The notes beneath the pieces were generated by a model. The model ran no database searches and was not told where the DNA came from. It worked only from the letters and a program-made list of their open reading frames with translations. Shown here piece after piece: positions 38,121-50,800 of a DNA stretch of 64,000 bases (position 1 is the first letter of the stretch; the number at the start of each line of letters is the position of its first letter). The stretch lies in contig CM126205.1 of assembly GCA_052327205.1 (NCBI GenBank), forward strand, positions 274,908,001 through 274,972,000. Direction: 5' to 3'. Both the position numbers and the translations under genes were made by a program. This stretch comes from Somniosus microcephalus (lineage: Eukaryota).

Positions 38121-38628
38121 TCAACCGTGGCTCGGTGGGTAGCACTCTCGCCTCTGAGTCAGAAGGTTGTGTGTTCAAATCCCACTCCCGACACTTGAGC
38201 ACAAATATCTAGGCTGACACTCCAATGCAGTACTGAGGGAGTGCTGCACTGTTGGAGGTGCCGTCTTTCGGATGAGACATTAAAACAGGCCCCGTCTGCC
38301 CCCCCCCCCCAGGTGTAGGTAAAAGATCCCATGGCACTATTTCGAAGAAGAGCAGGGGAGTTATCCACGGTGTCCTGGCCAATATTTAGCACTCAATCAA
38401 CATTACTAAAACAGGTTATCTGGTCATTATCACATTGCTGTTTGAGGGAGCTTACTGTGAGCAATTGGCTGCCGCTATATAAAAAAAGAAAGACTTGCAT
38501 TTCTATAGCGCCTTTCACGACCACCGGACGTCCCAAAGTGCTTTACAGCCAATGAAGTGCTTTTTGAAGTGTAGTCACTCTTGTAATGGAGGAGAGGCAG
38601 CAACCAATTTACGCACAGCAAGCTCTCA
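38121..38628 (+). mobile_element. tRNA-headed DeuSINE (SacSINE1-like) with inverted 3' tail
   Basis: A box TGGCTCGGTGG (38128) and B box GTTCAAATCC (38173). Deu-domain-like gatgagac..aaagatcccatggcact..gtgtcctggccaa. Tail in reverse orientation at 38490-38628. Confidence 0.8.
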
Positions 38629-39268
38629 ATATCAAAACTGAATCATAACATCATGAGCTTTCATGAGTTTTTAGCTCTTGGTATCCAAATATTAAATGGT
38701 GAATGTTTTAAGTAACAATCAAACTTATTTTTATTTAGATCTTGTTTTGAAAGTATTACTTTTTATGTTCTATGTGAGCACCCATTGGAACTCTTTATTT
38801 AAAAAAAAAAATAAAAAAAAAATTTTTTTTTTTAAAAATGATGGATTGCCATCCTGTAAATCATAATGTTATTCATATCCATCATTGAAATTAAACAATT
38901 ATCAAAGACTAGTGGTTTACAAAAAATAAGATACTTATGCTTCAAGTATGAGTGAGTCATGTCAGTGGGTTATTTTCTGTAAACTGGCAGTTGGTAGACT
39001 GTTAAACTTGGCTTTTTCCTCAATTCCTGACCTTGCATGATGCCCAGGCACACCCATATTAACACTTTAGCTGCCCTTTTTCATAGTGATTTGTAAATTG
39101 TGGATTGCAGAACAAGCACTTCTCTGCGCCGTAGCAAGTGCCATCTAAACAGCTTTTTACGTTGCACGTATTCACACCAAAATAAAGACTCCATAGAAGT
39201 CATAAAATAAAAGCACCAAAGGTTCATACAGTAGTCAGCAGGAACTGCTACAGTTCATATTACCTTAG

Positions 39269-42200
39269 TGTAATGAAATCTGTTTGTCTTGATCCTGTAT
39301 TCGTTTTGCACTCATGTATATTACCCTCCCCCACTGTGTATAGTTTCACTTCCTCTTTCCCGACTAACCTGGGAGGTTCCAGGTCTTGGCTCTTGGCTCT
39401 GCCCCTGACTTCTCTTACATAAAGATCCCAGGATCTGTATGACTCATTCCTGTGAACCAGTCGGCGTGTTGAGATGTTAGCTCTGATCTTAGTGATTAAA
39501 AGCCAACTTGTTTAAGTCTATAACTTCTAGTTTTGTGGTTATTGAAGGCCCATCAATTTCAATCACTAAAGAATACTAGGATGGATCGACTCCTAAAACC
39601 AGAGCGTCTGGACTTGGACCCACATTCTGCTGAAGCATCAAATCAATTTGGACACTGGCTCAAATGCTTCGAACTCTTCGCGGGGGCCTCATCTGCTAGC
39701 GAGGTAGATAAACTGAGTCTACTGACTACTCGCGTAAGTCATCGGATTTATTCGTTCATCCGGGACGCCACCTCTTACATGGAGGCCATCACTATCCTGA
39801 AGGCCCAATACCAGAGGCCGGTAAACGAAGTGTACGCCAGACATCTGCTGGCTACACGCAGGCAGCGACCAGAGGAATCAATGGACGATTTCTTACAGGG
39901 CCTAAAGGACCTGGTCCGGGACTGTAACTGCAAGGCCGTGACGGCCAACGCGTACTCTGACGAATTGGTCCGCGATTCCTTCATCACAGGCCTCAAATCG
40001 AATTATATCCGGCAGAGACTGCTGGAGAAGGAGGTCCTGGACTTAAAAAAGGCAGTGGCCACTGCGCGATCGCTGGACGTGGCCCAGAAAAACTCCGACT
40101 CTTATTCTTCCGGCCATGCGGCCCTCACCGCCTCGTGTGCGCCGAGGGGGCCGCCATCTTGGAATCAGCCATCTTCCCCATCCAGGTCTCAGACCAGCTC
40201 TACGCCGCCGGCGTCCCCACACAGAAGTTCACCCAGGAGTCCTACTACAGTGGCAATGTCTCGAGGCCCGAAATGCTACTTCTGCGGCCAGGCCAAGCAC
40301 CCCAGACAATGATGCCCAGCGAAGGACGCTACATGCTTCAAATGTAAGAAAAAGGGGCATTTTAGCAAAGTCTGCAGGGGGAATCCGATTTCCAACTCCA
40401 TCACCGCCTCGTGCGTGCCGTGCGGGCCGCCATCTTGGGATCCGCCATCTTTTCCCGACTCAACGGCCACCCAGGGCCCAACAGTGGCTTCGATCACGGT
40501 GGATCAATCCAGGCCACACCCGTTGACAAAATCCATGATGGACATACAGGTAAACGGGAATTTAACGAAATGTTTAATTGACTGGGAGTACCAAGAGTTT
40601 TATCCACCCTAGCCTGGTACGGCGGCACTCATTAACGGTAACCCCTACATGGAGCAGAATTGCTATGGCTGCTAAGCCCCACACTTCGGACATTTTGGGC
40701 TACTGTGTGGTAACACTGACTGTAAAAGGCACGGACTACAAGGATTTTAAACTCCTCGTGATGCCAGAACTCTCTGTTAATGCAATCTTGGGCCTGGACT
40801 TCCAGTGCCACCACGAAAGTGTCACGCTAGCATATGGCGGGTCCCAGCCGCCACTCACAGTCTGTGGCCAATCAACCTTAAAAATCAGCCCGCCCTCTTT
40901 ATTCACTAATCTCGCTCCGAACTGTAGGCCCATAGCGACCAAAAGTAGACGGTACAGTCTGGAAGACAGACACTTTATCAAGGCGGAAGTGGACAGACTC
41001 CTGCGGGAAGGCATTATTGAATGCAGTACCAGCCCGTGGCGTGCCCAAGTAGTCATAGTTAAAAATAGCGAAAAGAAACGGATGGTAATTGACTACAGCC
41101 AGACTGTTAATATTTATACCCAGCTGGACGCCTACCCTTTACCCCGCATATCAGAAATGGTCAACCAGATTGCGCAATACCAAGTCTTCTCGACTATCGA
41201 CCTCAAATCCGCGTATCACCAGCTCCCCATTAGAACGGAGGACCGCCCATACACCGCCTTCGAGACGAACGGGCGCCTCTACCATTTTCTCAGAGTGCCC
41301 TTCGGGGTAACAAATGGGGTCTCGGTCTTCCAACGTGAGATGGACCGCATGGTTGACGAGAATAAACTACAAGCTACCTACCCCTATCTGGACAATGTCA
41401 CTATCTGCGGGCACAACCAGCAAGACCACGATCTAAATCTTGCGAGATTTTAAAAAACTGCCCTAAAGCTGAATCTAACCTACAACGAAGACAAATGTGT
41501 CTTCAACACAACCCGTCTCTGTATCCTCGGCTGTGTGGTGGAAGATGGGGTAATTGGACCGGACCCTGACCGATTACGCCCCCCTAAAGGAACTGCCCCG
41601 CCACACAATCCCAAAGCTTTAAAAAGGTGCCTGGGATTTTTTTTCGTATTATGCCCAATGGGTGCCCAATTACTCTGATAAGGCCCGACCCCTCATTAAA
41701 TCGACGTCCTTCCCACTATCAGCTGAAGCTCGGGAGGCTTTCACCAGTATTAAACAGGACATTGAAAGGGCTGCAGTGTGTGCAGTGGACGAATGCGTTC
41801 CCTTTCAAGTCGAAAGCGATGCGTCAGACTTTGCCTTAGCTGCGACCCTCAATCAGGCTGGGAGATCTGTGGCCGCCTTCTCCCGAACCCTTCAGGGACC
41901 TGAAATCAGGCACTCTTCTGTCGAGAAGGAGGCACAGGCTATAGTGGAGGCAGTGCGGCACTGGAGACACTACCTAGCCGGCAAACGTTTCACCCTGCTC
42001 ACCGACCAGCGGTCGGTGGCTTTCATGTTTAATAACAAACAAAGGGGGAAAATCAAGAATGACAAAATACTCAGGTGGAGGATCGAACTATCCACGTTCG
42101 ACTATGATATTATGTACAGGCTGGGAGCCCTTAATGAACCCCCAGACGCCCTATCGCGGGGAATGTGTGCCAGCATTCATACGGACAAATTACAGGGTCT

Positions 42201-43618
42201 CCACAACGACCTCTGTCACCCAGGGGTCACCCGACTATACCATTTTATAAAGTCCCGCAATCTGCCCCACTCCATCGAGGAGGTCAGGGCAATGACCAGA
42301 GCCTGCTGCATCTGTGTGGAATGCAAGCCTCGTTTCTACAGGCCTGACCGTGCACACCTTATCAAAGCCACACGGCCATTCGAGCGCCTAAGTCTGGACT
42401 TCAAGGGACCCCGCCCCTCTGCCGACCGTAACGTATACTTCCTCAATATCATTGATGAATATTCCCGCTTCCCCTTCACCATTCCCTGCCCAGACATGCT
42501 CAGTGCCATGGTCATCAAGTGTCTCTGTAATCTATTCTGCATGTTTGGCATGCCGAACTACATACACAGCGATAGGGGGACGTCATTCATGAGTGACGAG
42601 CTGCGCCAGTTCTTTCTCTCGAAGGGGATAGCCACTAGCAGAACCACTAGCTACAACCCCCGGGGTAATGGGCCAGTGGAAAGGGAGAATGCTACTGTTT
42701 GGAAGGCTGTCAAGTTAGCCTTAAAGTCAAAAGGCCTTCCGACCTCCCGCTGGCAGGAAGTCCTCCCAGACGTGCTCCACTCCATAAGGTCTCTGTTATG
42801 TACTGCCACTAACGTTACCCCTCACGAAAAGATGTTTGTTTTCCCCCGGAAATCCACCTCGGGCATATCTCTACCCGCGTGGCTGACTTCTCCGGGGACA
42901 GTACTATTGCGGAAGCACGTGAGAGGCCATAAAACGGACCCCCTTGTGGAAAAGGTACAGCTCCTCCATGCAAACCCTCAGTACGCCTATATCGAATACT
43001 CTGACGGGCGAGAGGACACTGTTTCCATAAAAGACCTCGCTCCCTCGGGGAGCGGAGAGAACGATGGGAGACTACCCGATGAAGACCTACACTACAAAGA
43101 GACGGGACGCTCAGAGGTATCAATACCCAACTTTAACCTGGAGGACACTGCAGATAACCTGGAAGACACTGCGGAGGCCTGGACAGCGGAGGAACCAGAA
43201 TCCACTCCCCTAGAGGCACCCCAACCGGCTTTGCGTCGATCACTGAGAACTGCAAAACCTCCTGACAGACTCACTTATACCAACTTTTAAGAAACATCAC
43301 CCCGATGGACTAAATCTATAGAAGGGGTGAATGTAATGAAATCTGTTTGTCTTGATCCTGTATTCGTTTTGCACTCATGTATATTACCCTCCCCCACTGT
43401 GTATAGTTTCACTTCCTCTTTCCCGACTAACCTGGGAGGTTCCAGGTCTTGGCTCTTGGCTCCGCCCCTGACTTCTCTTACTTAAAGATCCCAGGATCTG
43501 TATGACTCATTCCTGTGAACCAGTCGGCGTGTTGAGATGTTAGCTCTGATCTTAGTGATTAAAAGCCAACTTGTTCAAGTCTATAACTTCTAGTTTTGAG
43601 GTTATTGAAGGCCCATCA
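39269..43618 (+). mobile_element. Full-length Ty3/Gypsy LTR retrotransposon without tRNA PBS
   Basis: 287-bp LTRs 39269-39555 and 43332-43618 (TG...CA, 4 mismatches by eye), 5-bp TSD CTTAG, PPT agaaggggtgaa. Gag ATG 39581 with two Zn knuckles, protease, RT YLDN, RNaseH SDASD, integrase HHCC/DFKGP/SDRG. Few stops or frameshifts. Confidence 0.95.
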
Positions 43619-43896
43619 CTTAGTATTTAGACTAATTGGATAGCTCTTTGAAAGAGTCGGCGCAGGAAATATGGGCCGAATGACTTCATTCTGTGCTGTA
43701 TGGTTCTGTTATTCAGAGGAGCAGAAACTTTCTAATGAGGAATAGAGGAATTACAAATTCCACAGTGGAGCAAAATTGCCCATGCAATGAGTACTTCCTT
43801 GTATCCCTCACCACTCATCCTCACCCCCCCCCCCCCTTCCAACTCCACTTCCTTTTGTATCTGCTGAGGAAAAAATAAGCTTTCCCCAAAGTCACT

Positions 43897-45230
43897 TACA
43901 TAAGAACATAAGACATAGGAGCAGGAGTAGGCCATACAGCCCATCGAGCCTGCTGTGCCATTCAGTAAGATCATGGCTGAACTTCTACATCAGCTCAACC
44001 TTCCTGCTGTATCTCTTGATTCCCATAGTGCCCAAAAATCTATTGATCTCAGTCTTTAATATATTCATCGACTGAGCATCCACAGCCCTCTGGGGTAGAG
44101 AATTGCAAAGATTTATAACTGAGTGAAGAAATTTCTCCTCCTCTCCATCCTGAATGGCCAACCCCTTATCCTGAGACTCTGACCCCTAGTTCTAGATTCT
44201 CCAGCCAGCAGAAACAATCTCTCGGCATCTACCCTATCAAGCCCTCGAAGAATCTTTTGCATTTCAATGAGATCACAACTCATTCTTCAAAACGCCAGCG
44301 AATATAGGCCTATTGTACTCAATCTCTCTGCATAGGACAGCCCTCTGATCCCAGGAATCAATCTAGTGAACCTTTGTTGCACACCCTCTAAGGCAAATAT
44401 ATCCTTCCTTTGGTAAGGAGACCAGAACTGTACACCATACTCCAGGTGTGGTCTCACCAAAGCCCTATGTAATTGCAGCAAAACTTCCTTAATCTTAAAC
44501 TCCAACCCCCTTGCAATATAGGAGTTACTTGTGGTCTTGCCAAAGCCTTGTACAATTGTTGCAAGACTTCCTTACTCTTGTACTCTAAACCCCTTGCAAT
44601 AAAGACTAGCATACCATTTGCCTTCCTAATTGCTTCCTGTACCTGTTAACTTTCTATGGTTCATGTATAAGGACACCCAAATCCTTCTGCATGCCAACAT
44701 TTACTAGTCTCTCCCCTTTTTTAAAAAAAAAATTCTGCTTTTCCATTCTTCCTACCAAAGTGAATAATTTCACACTTCCCCACATTATACTCCATCTGCC
44801 ATCTTCTTGCCTACTCACTTAACCTGTCTCGATCCCTTTGTAACCTCTTTGCGTCCTCTTCACAGCTTATTTTCCCACCTAGCTTTGTATCGTCAGCAAA
44901 CTTGCCCCTAATCAAATCATTGATACAGTTTGTAAATAGCTGAGGCCCAAGCACTGATCCTTGCAGCACTCCACTAGTTACATCCTGCCATCCCAAAAAT
45001 GACCTGTGTATTCCTACACTTTTTTTTTCTGTCTGTTAACCAATCCTCAATCCATGCTAATATATTACCCCCCCAATCCCATGAGCCCTAATCTTGTGTA
45101 ACAACCTCTTGTGTAGCACCTTATCGAATGACTTCTGAAAATCCAAATGTACTACATCCACTGGTTCCCCCTTATCTGAAAATCCAAATGTACTACATCC
45201 ACTGGTTCCCCCTTATCTACCCTGCTAGTA
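43897..45230 (-). mobile_element. CR1 LINE 3' fragment with local duplications
   Basis: cataagaa tail; [34 protein letters not shown]. Tandem duplication at about 45135-45217. Confidence 0.85.
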
Positions 45231-45744
45231 CACTGATGCTTTCAAATTCCCAACTGTCTAGCCTTTGGCCCTCCATTCACCACGATACTTGTGCATAATT
45301 AGTTCCTCGCCTTTGCTTATGATGTCCTTGTCATCAGTTAAACCCTTACTCTCTCCTACCCTGGCTGAGCCACCTACTACAGTCACCATCTTCACTCTCC
45401 TAAGTCCAAGAGGTGCCTACTTGAATGTATATTGTGCACAACTGGTTTAGCCATTCATTGCCAGATCTGACTAGAAAACATCAAGCACTATCAGGACCTG
45501 TTCTGCTCTTGATAAAACTGCTCTGTACTGCAAGATCATCCTGAAATGCAAAGATAACCCCCAGCTTTTCCCCACTATTAACTGTGTTTCCTTAATCTCC
45601 TCTCCCCTGCCACCTCCAAAAAGAAATTCAAAAGAGTTCATGGACTACTTCTGCCCCTGCCACAAACTCTTACCTCACCTCTGATTCCATCTCCCTCCCT
45701 GGCCATTGTTTCAGGCTGAACCAGACTATTTCCCTCTTCATCTA

Positions 45745-46040
45745 GAATCATCTTTTGTTTCTTACCTTGTCCCATTACCATCTCCTTTTGCCTTGCACCA
45801 TCATCCCTTTTTGTCTCTTAATCTCTTCTGCCTTCCATCCTATCACAGACCTTCCCTTTTGTTCTTTCCTCTCCTACCCCCTCTCCCTGCCCCTACACTT
45901 GCTTAAAAACCTGTTACATCTCCAACTTTTTCCAGTTCTGACGAGCGGTCATCGACCTGAAATGTTAACGCTGTTTCTCTCTCTCCACAGATGCTGCCTG
46001 ACCTGCTGAGTATTTCCAGCATTTTCTGTTTTTATTTCAG
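45745..46040 (+). mobile_element. Penelope-like pseudo-LTR
   Basis: Pyrimidine-rich body, hammerhead-like motif, then ctctccacagatgctgcctgacctgctgagtatttccagcattttctg. Reverse complement of 59545-59950-type sequence. Confidence 0.75.
45934..45969 (+). ncRNA. Degenerate minimal type I hammerhead ribozyme
   Basis: AGTT CTGACGA GCGGTC ATC GACCT GAAA TGTT AAC. Core present, helix II base mismatched, ACGT palindrome mutated to ATGT. Confidence 0.55.
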
Positions 46041-46890
46041 ACTATTTGCTACCTCATCGTCCTATTTGACCCTGAACTGAGCTTCCGGCCCCATATCTTC
46101 TCCATCACAAAGACCACCTATTTCCACCTCCATAACATTGCTTGTGCCCATCTGCTGTTGAAACCCTTATCCATGCTTTTGTTACCTCCAAACTTGACTG
46201 TTCCATAGCTTTCCTGGCAGGCCTCCCAGCTTCTATCCTCCATAACCTTAAGCTCACCTAAAATTTTGCTGCCCATATCCTAACTTGCACCAAGTCCTGT
46301 TCACCCATCACCCTTGGCTCCCAGTCCACCTACGCCTCGCTTTTAAAATTCTCAAGTTCAAATCGTTCCATGGCCTTGCCCCTTCCCTATCACTAACCTT
46401 TTCCAGCCCGACAACCCTCTTGAGATTTGTGTTCCTCCAACTAGGGCCTCTTGCACATACCCCACTCAATTTGCCCCATGAGCAGCTGTACCTTCAGCCA
46501 ACTAGGCCCTAAGCTGTGGAATTTCCTCCCTAAAGCTCACCACCTCTTCTTTTAGGACATTACTTAAAACCTACCTCTTTGACTAAACTTTAGTCACCCC
46601 TCCTAATCAATGTTCCCTCTAAGCTGCACGGCCACGCAGTAAGAGGAAAGGTCCTGCGCAGGTCGCTCACCGGCTGTTACATTTTAAATACTGCGTGTGT
46701 GCAGAAATTTAAAGGGACTGCATTAAAAAACACAGGCCGCGCAGAACAAAGCACAGTTTACAGGGAACATTGCTCCTAATACCTCCTTTTTTGGCTCGGT
46801 GTCAATTTGTATCTGATTACGCTTTTGTGTAGCGCCTTGGGACGTTTTCTTACATTGAAGGCGCTATATAAATGCAAGTCTGTGCTGTTG
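46041..46890 (+). mobile_element. L2 LINE 3' fragment
   Basis: gaaacccttatccatgcttttgttacctccaaacttgact (ETLIHAFVTS) ... ggcgctatataaatgcaag tail. Confidence 0.75.
46608..46772. mobile_element. hAT-type MITE inserted in L2
   Basis: TIRs CAATGTTCCCT / AGGGAACATTG; perfect 8-bp TSD CTCCTAAT. Confidence 0.88.
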
Positions 46891-47414
46891 CATACAATGG
46901 TAGAACTCAAAATTCACAACAAATTCTACAAGGCAGTTAACCCAGCAAGTAAAGCCATACAAACAGTGCTGCTGAACTATAATGTAGCACGTGCTCATAA
47001 AATACAGGAGATCTCTCCAATACTGTAGTCAACCAAAAACAAAACACAACAGCTGTCTAAATTCAAACATAGTAAAGATGACACAAGTCTCTTAAAGAAA
47101 AGGGACAAAGCTTTACTATAATTTAATTTGGAATATCTTGGTAATCGTAAACAGATTCTGGAGGTTGAATTGGATAACCCCCAAAAACCAGTGTGGGGAT
47201 GGTGGCACACGATTAGCCTATGCCCCTTCATTGTATTGCAGGCAGCATGTTAAATTCCTGTTGCCTGCTGTTTTGTATGTTTCCAGTACTACCCACGTTG
47301 TTCATTGGCTGCACGCATCAGCTGGGGTTGGGGGGCGGGGTGGGGTAGCCTGCACCTGTTCAAGGGGAGGTGCATTGTAGTTGTAAGAAGTGGTGGTCCT
47401 TTGTGAACTGAATC

Positions 47415-47738
47415 TTACATAGAATATACAGTACAGAAGAAGGCCATTCGGCCCATCAGTCCATGCTGGCGTTTATGCTCCATTCGAGCCTCCTATCCTT
47501 CCTCCTCCAACTCTATCAGCATAACCCTCTATTCCCTTCTCCCTTATATGCTTATCTAGCTTCCCCTTAAATGTATCTATACTATTCACCTCATCCACTC
47601 CCTGTGTTAGCAAGTTCCACATTCTCACCACTCTCTGGGTAAAGAAGTTTCTTCTGAATTCCCTAATTTGATTTCTGGGTAACTATCTTATATTGATGGC
47701 CTCTTGTTTTGCTCTTCCCCCACAAGCGAAGACACTCT
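47415..47738 (-). mobile_element. CR1 3' end fragment
   Basis: catagaat tail; aggccattcggccc stem; ttccacattctcaccactctctgggtaaagaagtt. Confidence 0.7.
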
Positions 47739-47827
47739 GGGGGTGATTTTGACAATGGGGGCGCGTTGGAGGCGGGATTGCTGCTTGTCGGGTTTTAGTC
47801 CCGCCTCTATCAACTTGTGGCCAATAC

Positions 47828-50800
47828 TATTATGTCCGTGTATAAATGAGACACGGACTGCAGGAGTTGATTATAACAAGTCTTTACTGAATGGAGACAA
47901 CCTGGAAACTGAAACTACAGAAGCCTGCTAGGGCCTTTTATACAGGGGTGGTCACTGCCGGTACTGCAGTCTGAGACCAGTTATTCCCTTAAAGGTACAT
48001 ACACAACAATTCCTCCCCTTTTAGATAAGCAGTACATAACATTCATTTAACAACTAAATAATAACTAATTACAATTACGGTTGCTAGATACATTGGTTGA
48101 AGTTAAGCAATTATAAGTTCAGCCTTTGAGGAGGCTTCCTGATTCTGTCTGGATAACGCCTCTTTGGGATATCAGGTTCTTCTGGCAAGGTTGAGTCGGG
48201 ATCAATGTCGTTGTTTGGTTTGTCTGCTTCCAATATCACCGATTCTGCGGTAGATGCAATTGGTACTTTGGTTTCATCGCCAGGTGTATCAGATCGTGGT
48301 GTGGAGTTGACGTTTTCCAGTGACTCTAGAATCTGGTCAGCATGGCGTCTTACAATGCTCTCTCCAACATCCATGGTATACATTAGAGGTCCTTGCCATG
48401 TACAGATCGTTCCTGGCTGCCATTTCCCTGTGCGGTAGTCCCGGGCCAAAACTGGTTGACCTATCTTAAAACTCCTGGTCGGCCTTTCATTCATATTCTG
48501 AAACTGCCTGTTCTCCACATCTCTTCTGATGTTTGGCTTAACCAAATCCAAGTGGCATCGTAGTCTTCGATTGAAGAACATCATGGCTGGAGTTTGGTTG
48601 GTAACCGCATGTGTCGCATTCCGGTAGGCAAACAAGAAGTTGTCCACCTTGTGTTGTAGGGGTATATCTTCATTACACATTGCCTTGATAGCCTTCTTGA
48701 ATGTTTGAACAAACCTCTCGGCCAATCCATTAGTGGCTGGATGATATGGGGCGGTGTGTAATGCTTAACACCATTGTTCTTTAAGAACCTCCGGAACTCT
48801 TCAGACACAAACTGTGGTCCATTGTCAGAGCAAATCTGTTCAGGCAGCCCATTCCTGGCGAATATGGTTCGTAAGACTGATAGTTTTTTCTGTGGTGGTT
48901 GAGGACATTTTTACTACCTCTGGCCACTTTGTGCATCCACCGCAATTAAAAACAGAGTCCATAAAGGGACCAGCAAAATCAATGTGCACCCTTTGCCATG
49001 GAGATGAGGGCCACTCCCATGGATGTAGAGGGGCTTGTGGGGTGGGGTGTTTTGGACCTTCTGGCATCCTGTACAGCTCTTGGTCATCTCTTCGATTTCT
49101 CTATCGATTCCCAGCCACCACACAAACGCTCTGGCTAAGTTCTTCATTTTTACCCCTCCCAGATGACCCTCATGAAGCTCATTGAGCACTCTATCCTTCA
49201 ATTTGGGTGGAATTACTACTCTGGATCCACACATCAAGGTTCCTCTGCACACTGACAGCCGTTCTCTTCTCGGCGAGAATACTGGCAGCAGTCGTTCGCC
49301 ATGTGCTGGCCATCCCTTCACCGTTAAATCATAGACCCAGGAGAGTGTCGGGTCATTTCGTGTTTCCTTTTCTGTGTTTGCATTCGTCACAGGGAGACAT
49401 TCGACTATAGTCGAGTGGAATAACTCCACTGGATCCACTGCCAGTTCTTCTTCCACCGTCGGCAACGGTAGGCGCGACAATCCATCAGCATTCCCATGCT
49501 GTTTAGTTCCTTTGTACTCGATGTCATATTGGTGTGCCCCTAGGAAAAGGGACCACCTCTGTAGCCGTTGTGCCGTCATTATCGGTACACCCTTCTGAGG
49601 GTTGAAAATGGAGACGAGAGGTTGATGATCAGTTAGTAGAGTAAATTTCTGACGTGCAGGTAGTGATTGAACTTCTTCACCCCCCACACCAGGCTGAGGG
49701 CCCCTCTGTCAATCTGGGCGTAGTTACGCTCGGCTGAAGTTAACGAGCGTGACGCAAAAGCTATCGGCCTCTCTGAACCATCAAGGAATTTACGTGACAG
49801 TACCACCCCAACACCGTAGGGAGACGCATCACACGCCCGACTTATCGGTAGTGATGGGTTGTAGTGAGCCAATACTTCTCTTGAAGTGATTAGGTCCTTA
49901 CTCTTCTGAAAGGCCCGCTTACATTCGTCGCTCCATTTCCATGCTACTCCCGTTCGTAGTAGGGCATTCAGTGGATGCAGAATTGTGGACAAATTCGGCA
50001 AAAACTTATGGTAGTAATTCACCAATCCGAGGAATGACCTCAGTTGCGACACATTTTCAGGCGCTGGAGCCTTAACTACCGCTTCAATTTTGTCAGGGGA
50101 CTTATGCAACCCCTCCATCAATCACGTGGCCACAATACGATATCTGTTTCTTAAAAAACTCGCACTTAGGGCGATTGGCTCGTAGCCCATGTTCACGTAG
50201 TCTAGTGAGCACCTGCTCTAGGTTGGCAAGGTGTTCACTGTCATCTTCACCTATGTGGTAAACCACTGTTAACCCTGTACAAGTCCAGGCATGTCTCAGC
50301 CCCTGGCTCCACCCCTAAGCCCAGGTATAAAGGTGACTCACCACCCTTCCCCCGGGAGCTCTTAGGATGGATTCATTAGCAGAGGCATGCTCTAGTTCTT
50401 AGTCAATAAAAGCCTACTTCATTTAAGTCCATCTCGTAGTCTTTGGTATTGTTGATAGCACATCAACCTGTCACTAGGATGTCGTCCAAGTAACACTGAG
50501 TCCCCGGAATCCCTTGCAGGACTTGTTCCATCGCTCTTTGCCATATCGCCGGAGCTGAAGCTACTCCGAATACCAGTCGATTATACTGGTAAAGACCTTT
50601 TGTGAGTGTTTATCGTGAGATACTTTCTAGAGGATTCTTCAACCTCCATCTGCAAATATGCTTGTGCTAGGTCAATTTTTGTAAAACGCTTCCCTCCAGA
50701 TAGTGAGGCAAAGATATCTTCTATCCTTGGAAGAGGATATTGTACTGTGTGAAGGACTGGGTTCACCGTCACCTTGAAGTCCCCACAGATGCGAACCTTC

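Noticed and set aside
38121-38190. tRNA gene-like A/B boxes
   Set aside because: They are the head of a SINE and run into a Deu-domain body.
38795-38838. A-tract followed by T-tract palindrome
   Set aside because: Low complexity; no associated element.
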